From the NCBI GenBank assembly GCA_046497275.1, contig JAWOFX010000178.1:1-12779 (forward strand): a stretch of DNA of 12,779 nt. The letters are read 5' to 3'. The notes beneath the pieces are model-generated. The model saw only the letters and a program-made list of their open reading frames with translations. It was not told where the DNA came from and searched no databases. The DNA comes from Promethearchaeia archaeon (GTDB taxonomy: Archaea; Asgardarchaeota; Lokiarchaeia; Sigyniarchaeales; SOKP01). This document shows, piece after piece, positions 1 to 5,919 of this stretch. Numbering within the stretch: the first letter of the stretch is position 1; each line of letters starts with the position of its first letter. A program made the position numbers and the translations under genes.

Positions 1-414
1 CGAGATATTGGTCCTCCTATGTATCCTCCTTATATAAATTATAATGGAGTCTATGGGCAATTTGATCCCATTGAAGTTGATAAGAGAGAGGATTGCTTGG
101 CGTGTGGAGATATCGAGGGTGAGGAAAATGTTCAAATTGTTGTTCCTTTTGATGCAGATATTAATTATATATTCAATGCTATGAAAATCACTGGATATGA
201 ATTGGAACCAAATGAATGGTTAATAACCAATCCTCGAAGTAAAGAAATATATTGGGATCCTAATGCAAATAATCCTATTTTCAAAGATCCTGAAGTAAAA
301 TTAAGAGGTGAGTTAAAGGTAGAAAGCAATGAAATTTTAACTTTAACACCACTTGGAAAAGCAAAAGAAAAGTCTAATATTAAGAAATATAATGTAATCG
401 TGACCTATATGTGA
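1..414 (+). CDS. Ubiquitin-activating E1/ThiF-MoeB family enzyme, C-terminal part (5' truncated by window edge)
   Basis: Frame 1 is open from base 1 (RDIGPPMYPPY...), so the ATG at 19 is probably internal. 'YNGVYGQFDPIEVDKREDCLACG' matches the E1/ThiF C-terminal CxxCG zinc motif. It is followed by about 100 aa that could be a ubiquitin-fold (E2-binding) domain. An E2 gene lies 2.5 kb away. Confidence 0.7.
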   Translation, partial: RDIGPPMYPPYINYNGVYGQFDPIEVDKREDCLACGDIEGEENVQIVVPFDADINYIFNAMKITGYELEPNEWLITNPRSKEIYWDPNANNPIFKDPEVKLRGELKVESNEILTLTPLGKAKEKSNIKKYNVIVTYM

Positions 415-419
415 TTTCT

Positions 420-1040
420 TTAATCTTTTTGCTGGTTATTTACAAATTGGATTAGATCATCAATAAGATACGCCTTAACTCCAGCATTTGTTCCTGTTAA
501 AAGATCTTTTTTCATATCCCCAATAAAAAGCATCTCATCAGTTTCCACATTAAAATGATCTTTAATTATAATCAAACCTTCGGGCTCAGGCTTCCATCTT
601 CTTACATCTTCTCTTCCCACAATAAAATCAAAATATTTTAAAATATCTTCTTGTTTAAGCGACTTTTTTATAGTATTTCTAGAATTAAGGGATAATATTG
701 CCAATTTAGTATCTTCGGGAATACCAAATTTTTTCTTATGTTTGATTAACTCAATAGTTTGAGGTATAGGTATATTATTTTCAATATTTTTTATCTCGAA
801 CTCTCTAATAATCTTAAAATGGTTGTGCAATTCTTCTTTCTGATCTTTTGCTACCACAAAACTGAGACATTCAGAAATACTGTGAAATTCACATGACTCA
901 TCAAAGATTTTAGAGTATCTATTGGACAGAATATTTTTTAATTCTTGCCAATTCACATCCAATCTTACAATTGTTCCATCTAAATCAAAAACAATTACTT
1001 TTTTACCTTGAAATGCAGATTTGTTTAATATATAAACCAC
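420..1040 (-). CDS. HAD-superfamily hydrolase (phosphoglycolate phosphatase-like, subfamily IA)
   Basis: Motif I FDLDGTI, motif II LSLNS, motif III WKPEPEG, motif IV FIGDMKKD. GTG start. Confidence 0.9.
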   Translation of the reverse strand: MVYILNKSAFQGKKVIVFDLDGTIVRLDVNWQELKNILSNRYSKIFDESCEFHSISECLSFVVAKDQKEELHNHFKIIREFEIKNIENNIPIPQTIELIKHKKKFGIPEDTKLAILSLNSRNTIKKSLKQEDILKYFDFIVGREDVRRWKPEPEGLIIIKDHFNVETDEMLFIGDMKKDLLTGTNAGVKAYLIDDLIQFVNNQQKD

Positions 1041-1311
1041 CTTAGGAAAAGAGATAATCTTGAAAAGGAAAATTAAAGTTCAAAAAAGAATTTTTGGACA
1101 ATTTATTAAAAATAAATTATAAACTGAAGAAATTGATTTTTTTAATAAAAATTCTTTCACTTGATTTTCTTGTTTTTTTTTAGATGAATCCCGAGAGATT
1201 TTAAAAATTTATTAAGTTTAAACATCTGTTAATAGAGAAAACTAAAAAAATCAAGAAATGGGTAAAGAATTTCAAAAATATAGAAAAAGGAATGAATTTC
1301 GAAAGAAAATC

Positions 1312-1347
1312 AATCCATTGCATATTTTTGCGCAATTTTTCTGCCTT
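1312..1347 (+). repeat. Direct repeat copy A: degenerate duplicate of the E2 gene 3' end
   Basis: aatccattgcatatttttgcgcaatttttctgcctt versus 2871-2907 aatccattgcatatttttgcgtccatttttctgcctt. The first 21 nt are identical; overall 35/37 with one mismatch and a 1-nt gap. On the minus strand it reads ...GCG CAA AAA TAT GCA ATG GAT TGA (AQKYAMD*). Confidence 0.9.
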
Positions 1348-1399
1348 AACAATTTTTCGAAAATTCATAAGACCCTCATATTTTTAAAAAAAGAATAGA

Positions 1400-2824
1400 T
1401 TGTTAATTTTAATGGATAGAAATCTGTTTGAAGCTTGGAGAGAGGTAAATCATCATTATAATAAAATAAAAATATGCAGAAAATCATTAAAAAGTTCAAT
1501 TGTAAGACATAATTATGTATTTTTCAAAAAAGGTGATAAAGGCGTTCTTCGTTGTATTTATTGTGGAAATAAATTAGTAAATGATGAGTTTTCTAAAGGA
1601 TTTTTAAATCATAGAAATAAGTCTAAAGAAGATCAAAATAAGGGTTTTGGGGATATTACAATTTATAGAATTTATTGGTATAAAAATATTAATGGGGGTT
1701 TTTTGGAGTTTCCTGGATTAAATTATGTTGGTCAAACTAAAAATTCAGCATATAAAAGGATATTGGGTAATGGTGGTCATTTCAATAAAGCATTTAATGC
1801 TCCTTCGACTTCAATTGAATATTCCATTAAGAAATATGGAAAGAATTTGGATTTAGCAAAAAAAATATTTCGCTTTAAAATAATTCAGATTGTGAAATTT
1901 CAAGGCAGTTGGACTCTAATAGAAAAAATAAAGGATTCAAATAAACGGAAGAAAATGATTAAAAAATGGCAGAGAAAAACTCAAGAATTAGCAAATAAAA
2001 TAGAACAATTCTGGATAGGTTTCTATCATTCTCAATTTTATCGATTTGGAAGAAATATTCTTCCAGGAGGGAAGAAAACTCGTAGTTTTGCTTCTTTAAA
2101 TTATAAAACATTGGATAAAGTGTTAGAAGAAGCTTGTGTACTATCTAGAATTGCTGTTAGAAAAGATTATGTGTTTGAGAGATTAGATTTAAACGTTACT
2201 CAAAATAGAATTTTGGATAATAACATAAGAAGATGGTATGGAATTAGGAAAAAACCATTTGAGACAATTATAAGAAGAAAAAGGTTAAACAGGATTAAAG
2301 ATCTCTTTGAAAAAGGATATAAAATTAGTGATATTGCAAAAAATATCAATGCTAATAGAAGTGATATTAGAAAGTGGTTAACATCAAGCATTTATAATAA
2401 AAAATTTCCGAAAAAGAGTACAATGGAGATTAGGAAAATAGTTATTTCCACAAAAATTAAATATCTCATTGGCCTCGGTATTAAAAATCCGTCAGATCTT
2501 CTACAAAAATTACCCGGATTTAAGAATTCCGAAGCTATAACGCATTTTATAAGAAGAAATATTAGCTCTTGGTATGATTTAATTAATGAGTTTGCTCCTA
2601 AAAAAGATTATTGGAATATAGCGAAGAAATTAATTATAAAACGATATAAGAATAATTTAAAGTTTGGAAAAAAACTTTATACATCAGTAGAGTTTGCTAG
2701 AATCCTGGGTTCTAAAGCTAATAGTTCCTCTGCTGCTATTAAATACATAAAGAGAAAATTAAATACGGAGCTCTCTTGGTCAGAAATTATGGATTGTGTA
2801 ATTGATAATTTTACTAATAAGTGA
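1400..2824 (+). CDS. GIY-YIG family endonuclease (homing-endonuclease-like) with C-terminal HTH-like DNA-binding region
   Basis: TIYRI...YVGQT...KRI...H, followed by IEQFWI (putative catalytic Glu) and FGRNILPGG (the GxN..PGG motif of intron-type GIY-YIG enzymes). HTH-like GYKISDIAKNINANRSDIRKWL. Very Lys/Arg-rich. Start is either TTG 1400 or ATG 1412. Confidence 0.8.
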   Translation: MLILMDRNLFEAWREVNHHYNKIKICRKSLKSSIVRHNYVFFKKGDKGVLRCIYCGNKLVNDEFSKGFLNHRNKSKEDQNKGFGDITIYRIYWYKNINGGFLEFPGLNYVGQTKNSAYKRILGNGGHFNKAFNAPSTSIEYSIKKYGKNLDLAKKIFRFKIIQIVKFQGSWTLIEKIKDSNKRKKMIKKWQRKTQELANKIEQFWIGFYHSQFYRFGRNILPGGKKTRSFASLNYKTLDKVLEEACVLSRIAVRKDYVFERLDLNVTQNRILDNNIRRWYGIRKKPFETIIRRKRLNRIKDLFEKGYKISDIAKNINANRSDIRKWLTSSIYNKKFPKKSTMEIRKIVISTKIKYLIGLGIKNPSDLLQKLPGFKNSEAITHFIRRNISSWYDLINEFAPKKDYWNIAKKLIIKRYKNNLKFGKKLYTSVEFARILGSKANSSSAAIKYIKRKLNTELSWSEIMDCVIDNFTNK

Positions 2825-2868
2825 ACTGTTTAATATTAAGTAAAAAAATTTAGAAAAAAATATGATAT

Positions 2869-2990
2869 TTAATCCATTGCATATTTTTGCGTCCATTTTT
2901 CTGCCTTTTTCTGAAAACTCTTATGTGAGCGAAAATATTGCTCACCTGCTTCGTGATTCAGCGGATCTCCAGGATTGAAAAAGGGCGGCT
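2869..2990 (-). CDS. Ubiquitin-conjugating enzyme E2 (UBC fold), exon 2
   Basis: Encodes (E)PPFFNPGDPLNHEAGEQYFRSHKSFQKKAEKWTQKYAMD*. This resembles the UBE2D/Ubc4 C-terminus (NPDDPL...EWTQKYAM). Confidence 0.85.
2871..2907 (+). repeat. Direct repeat copy B: the functional E2 3' end (KAEKWTQKYAMD)
   Basis: Matches 1312-1347 at 35/37 and lies inside E2 exon 2. Confidence 0.9.
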
Positions 2991-3022
2991 TTATGCTCTC
3001 AAGCAATAAATTTGCAGGAGAT
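2991..3022 (-). other. Putative 32-nt bulge-helix-bulge (tRNA-type) intron in the E2 mRNA
   Basis: mRNA sense: GC-AUGU-AG^A-UCUC-cu-GCAA-auuua-UUGC-uu-GAGA-GCAU-AA^A-GC. The 4-bp central helix AUGU/GCAU is flanked by 3-nt bulges AGA and AAA, with intron helix UCUC/GAGA and exon helix GC/GC. Cutting after the second nt of each bulge removes exactly 32 nt, including a UAA stop, and joins the two E2 frames as ...MMHVEPPFFNP.... Confidence 0.85.
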
Positions 3023-3410
3023 CTACATGCATCATGCCCTTTAAAGCTTCTATTATGCTTATCAGAGTTTTCGAAGGAGTCCATCCACTTGCTCCTGTTG
3101 CAGGATCAACCTTTCCAACTTTATCTGGATTTATTAAGTCCAAACAAATATTTAATTTTCCCGGGGGGATCGAGGAATCAATATTTGGATGCCACATCAA
3201 GGTCACCGCATAGACATAGGGGGGAGCAAAAGGATAATTATCAGGAAATTTAATTTCAAACACGAATCGTCCATTCTCATAAGGTGTATCATCCTTTCCT
3301 ATAATAGTTAATCTGAGATGGTCAATACTCCTACCCCAAGGTTCTAATATGACATGTTCATCATCTTTATATGCTTCTATTGCTTCTGCATAGTCAGTCT
3401 CTTCTCTAAT
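3023..3410 (-). CDS. Ubiquitin-conjugating enzyme E2 (UBC fold), exon 1
   Basis: The stop-free frame runs from 3416. It encodes REETDYAEAIEAYKDDEHVILEPWGRSIDHLRLTIIGKDDTPYENGRFVFEIKFPDNYPFAPP...WHPNI...NICLDLI...GWTPSKTLISIIEALKGMMHV, containing the TPY, YPFxPP and HPN motifs and the catalytic Cys. There is no in-frame ATG/GTG/TTG before 3263; the start is placed tentatively at ATT 3410. The spliced CDS is 388+122=510 nt, or 169 aa. Confidence 0.85.
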
Positions 3411-3416
3411 CGTTTG

Positions 3417-3423
3417 TCACCTT
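3417..3423 (-). promoter_or_regulatory. Putative archaeal Shine-Dalgarno (AAGGTGA) for E2
   Basis: GGTGA matches the archaeal SD core (GGAGGUGA) and lies 6 nt upstream of ATT 3410. Confidence 0.45.
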
Positions 3424-3801
3424 AGCTTTATGTTTACAAATATTAAATTATTTTTAAAACTTAGATTTTGTAAGTTTATAAAATTATATATTGAATAGTT
3501 AAAAAATTTTGTATAAACAAGACCTAAATTTTATTTTTTAGTTGTTATATTCTTGGTAAAGTATAATATTTTATACATTAAAATTTCAATTATTTTTTAT
3601 TATAAATGTGATATTATCCAACTCAGTGGGAATAAAGACCCAAATTGTTTTATAGTTCCGAGAGTATGATATGAAAGATTCGTGCAAATTCAAGAGCACA
3701 TAATTTAATAGCTCTATTACTAACAATTATAAAATCGAAAAAATTAAATTAATTCCACAATTATAATTTTTATCATAATCCCCTCTTAACTCAGTTGGTA
3801 G

Positions 3802-3829
3802 AAAATATTCTTTTCGAATATTTATCAAA
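3802..3829 (+). other. tRNA intron 1 (28 nt, non-canonical position 22/23 in the D arm)
   Basis: Central helix TGGT(3796-99)/ATCA(3824-27), bulges AGA (3800-02) and AAA (3828-30), intron stem AAATATTC/GAATATTT. Confidence 0.88.
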
Positions 3830-3844
3830 AGTGCTCGGCTGTAG

Positions 3845-3892
3845 ATATAATCGCGTATAAAGGCATCTGCCGATGAATATACGTCAGCCGAA
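3845..3892 (+). other. tRNA intron 2 (48 nt, canonical position 37/38)
   Basis: Removal restores the anticodon loop CTGTAG|A and stem CTCGG/CCGAG. Bulges are AGA and AAA. The central helix CTGT/GCCG has one mismatch (relaxed BHB). Internal stem CGTATA/TATACG. Confidence 0.82.
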
Positions 3893-4128
3893 ACCGAGAT
3901 GTCGCCAGGTCGAGACTGGCAGAGGGGATCACCTAATTTTCCTTCTCAGCTTTTCAATATGTGAATTAGAAATTGAATTTGATTTATGAAATAAAATATT
4001 CATTATCCATAAAGAGAATAAGAATAATATTCCCAAAAAATTTTAATCAGAACAAGCATTATTTCCGCCTTTAATAAAAGTTCTTTTTTATATTGTTAGT
4101 ATTTAATAACATCAGAATTCTCACACCC

Positions 4129-4154
4129 ACTCGAAAAATTTATATAATTCGAGT
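4129..4154 (+). promoter_or_regulatory. vapBC promoter: TATA box flanked by a 7-bp inverted repeat (likely operator)
   Basis: ACTCGAA(4129-35)-aaatttatataa-TTCGAGT(4148-54). TTTATATA at 4139-4146 lies about 25 nt before the ATG, with a purine-rich BRE-like stretch upstream. Confidence 0.6.
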
Positions 4155-4166
4155 ATATTTTTATGT

Positions 4167-4421
4167 ATGATGACAACTGATATGGATACTATAATTTTAA
4201 AGATTGGATCGAAGGGAGAAATCTTTCCTCCAAAAGAAATCCGAGAGAAATTAGGATTTGAACCTAATCAACCAATTTTGCTGCATGTTCATGAAGATCA
4301 ACTAATCGTAAGAAAAATTTACTCAATGGAAGAGATATTGAATGTTCCACCCAAAACGAAAATAAGTTATCATGCTTGGAAACAATTTAAAAAAGATTTA
4401 CTTGAGGAATATGAGTCATGA
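4167..4421 (+). CDS. vapB: AbrB/MazE/SpoVT-family antitoxin
   Basis: IGSKGEIFPPKEIREKLGFEPNQPI matches the AbrB-type swapped-hairpin motif. Its stop overlaps the toxin start (ATGA at 4418-4421). Confidence 0.85.
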   Translation: MMTTDMDTIILKIGSKGEIFPPKEIREKLGFEPNQPILLHVHEDQLIVRKIYSMEEILNVPPKTKISYHAWKQFKKDLLEEYES

Positions 4422-4909
4422 AGATACTCATTGATACTTCATACTTTTTACCTCTTATTAAAATTGGGATTAAAACAATTCCTAATAAGCTCTTAATTGA
4501 TATTCTCGCGAAATCCAACAATACCTATTTTTACTCTAATTTGACCCTTTTTGAGCTCACGGCGAAAGGGTTAAAATTATCATCAAAAGAGAATAAAATA
4601 ACACCCCAAGATGTAAGGATCGGAATTGACACCATTCGAAACGATGCACGACTAACAGAACTATCGTTTACAAATAATCCTTTTATAATCGAATTAGCAT
4701 CTGATTTAAAAAAAGTGCATAATGATACTATAGACTGCTTGATTTTCGCGACTGCAATTTGCACCTGTGATTGTATCATCACGATGGATGAATTTCTCTT
4801 CACTCAAATAAATACAAGGCCTCCATTACTTAAAACGGTGAGAGAACTTAATAGTAGCTTCCAATTTTGGTTTAATGACCTTTCAGGAGAGTTAAAGTCC
4901 CTCAAATAA
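4418..4909 (+). CDS. vapC: PIN-domain ribonuclease toxin
   Basis: ILIDTSYF at the N-terminus, TLFE, DTIDCLIFATA and IITMD give the PIN acidic tetrad. Translationally coupled to the AbrB-type gene. Confidence 0.85.
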   Translation: MKILIDTSYFLPLIKIGIKTIPNKLLIDILAKSNNTYFYSNLTLFELTAKGLKLSSKENKITPQDVRIGIDTIRNDARLTELSFTNNPFIIELASDLKKVHNDTIDCLIFATAICTCDCIITMDEFLFTQINTRPPLLKTVRELNSSFQFWFNDLSGELKSLK

Positions 4910-5027
4910 ATGATCTATAAGAAAAGAATACTCCCATGATTATTTTTTCAAGTGAGGATACTACAGGGAGGGAAAAAATTCGCATACAAAAAAATATAAA
5001 AAGAATTGGGGTTTATAAATAATATAT

Positions 5028-5375
5028 TTAAATTTCTACTCCGATTTTGTTCCGTTTTAATAGCTTTAATATATTATCTTCTTTCGAAATAAAATTACTC
5101 CTTAGATCAAATAACTCCAAACTTTTTAATTCTAAAATTGATTCGGGTAATTTAGTAAAGTTATTATTATCATCTAAATAAAGAATCTTAAGAGATTTCA
5201 ATTTTCATTAATCCTCTGGAAGAGAATTAAAATTACAAAATGATAAATCTAATTCTTCAATTTCATTAAAATTATTTCTATATTTGTCTAAAAAGGCAAT
5301 AAGAAGCTTTCTTTCACTATCCCAATTTCTTTCAAATCCTCCTACAATTTCTGGAGGTAATTTTCTGAGAGAAAT
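5028..5375 (-). pseudogene. Leucine-rich repeat protein remnant (missed by the ORF track)
   Basis: One minus-strand frame reads ...LRKLPPEI...IEELDLSFCNFNSLPED**KLKSLKILYLDDNNNFTKLPESILELKSLELFDLRSNFISKEDNILKLLKRNKIGVEI*. These are LxxLxLxxN..LPxxI repeats, with in-frame stops at 5210-5205 (TAA TGA) and 5378-5376. Confidence 0.8.
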
Positions 5376-5493
5376 TTATCCATAAAGAGAATCGGAATAG
5401 TTTTCCCAAAAAATTATTATGGGAACAAGAATTATTGTTAACTTGAATAAAATAAGAAATAAATCATATATCTGAATTGGGAAGAGATTTAAT

Positions 5494-5919
5494 ATGAATG
5501 ATACTCAAGAAAATGATGAACACGAATTAGAAAAAATCCGAATGAAAAAGATGCGTTCCTTGATGGAGCAAAAAAAACAACAGGAAAATTATGAAAAACA
5601 GACGGTTTCCGTTCAAGATAAGGTTGATTTTGTGTTAAAAGTCGTTCTAGAACCACAAGCATATCAACATTTAAAAAATTTAAAAGAAAATGAACCAAAC
5701 GTTTATCAGTATATCTTTAATGAGCTCGTAGGACAAGAAGTTATTCAAAACATCGACTATTTAATTGCAATTATTCAAAGTAGGGGAGGAGTGCCTCGAC
5801 GAATCCCATTGGATGTTATAATTTATTTAGAAAGGCAAGCAAAGGGAATCAAGAGCCAAATTAAAGTAAAACGTGGCGATGAGGTTATGGATTTAGGTTC
5901 TTATTTAAAGAAGGGCTAA
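5494..5919 (+). CDS. PDCD5/TFAR19-like DNA-binding protein (divergent)
   Basis: The N-terminal DEHELEKIRMKKMRSL, central VLEPQAYQHLKNLK...P and C-terminal basic IKVKR follow the PDCD5 pattern. Confidence 0.65.
   Translation: MNDTQENDEHELEKIRMKKMRSLMEQKKQQENYEKQTVSVQDKVDFVLKVVLEPQAYQHLKNLKENEPNVYQYIFNELVGQEVIQNIDYLIAIIQSRGGVPRRIPLDVIIYLERQAKGIKSQIKVKRGDEVMDLGSYLKKG

Larger units (their letters stand above)
1312..2907. mobile_element. Putative free-standing homing-endonuclease element bounded by duplicated E2 3' ends
   Basis: A single GIY-YIG ORF lies between two ~36-bp direct repeats that correspond to the last 12 codons of E2. No integrase, transposase or terminal inverted repeats were seen. 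Confidence 0.6.
3780..3928 (+). tRNA. tRNA-Tyr(GTA) with two introns (22/23 and 37/38)
   Basis: Acceptor stem CCCCTCT/AGAGGGG with discriminator A (C1-G72, archaeal Tyr identity). D stem ACTC/GAGT forms after splicing. Anticodon stem CTCGG/CCGAG with loop CTGTAGA. T stem GCCAG/CTGGC. CCA is not encoded. Confidence 0.93.

Noticed and set aside
2200-2391. Minus-strand 63-aa ORF
   Set aside because: Antisense to the GIY-YIG gene; its hydrophobicity reflects A-rich codons on the other strand.
3000-3030. Simple 1-nt sequencing error or programmed ribosomal frameshift as the explanation for the E2 frame change
   Set aside because: It would leave ~11 extra residues at a site where UBC folds are compact. 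No slippery heptamer is present, and it would not explain a BHB whose cut sites give exactly the frame-restoring length. Not fully excluded without reads.
2869-3084. ORF-track 71-aa protein starting MDSFENSDK
   Set aside because: Only its last 39 codons are E2-like. The N-terminal part is an off-frame reading of exon 1 and the intron.
2975-3253. Plus-strand 92-aa ORF
   Set aside because: Antisense shadow of the E2 gene with no recognisable motifs.
2991-3263. ORF-track 90-aa protein as a complete gene
   Set aside because: E2 homology extends 49 codons upstream of the GTG, and its stop lies inside the predicted intron.
3350-3425. Second BHB intron rescuing the GTG at 3420 as the E2 start
   Set aside because: The TGACA/TGTCA and CTATGC/GCAATAG pairings tried by hand do not give 3-nt bulges with flanking helices.
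3605-3715. GC-richer patch in the E2-tRNA intergenic region (ACTCAGTGGG resembles a tRNA D arm; TGAT motifs resemble C boxes)
   Set aside because: No acceptor or T-arm pairing and no convincing C/D box pair could be built.
4531-4803. Minus-strand 90-aa ORF
   Set aside because: Antisense shadow of vapC.
3910-5480. attR-like duplicate of the tRNA 3' end
   Set aside because: No repeat of the tRNA 3' sequence was found within the window.
5489-5698. Minus-strand 69-aa ORF
   Set aside because: Antisense shadow of the PDCD5-like gene.
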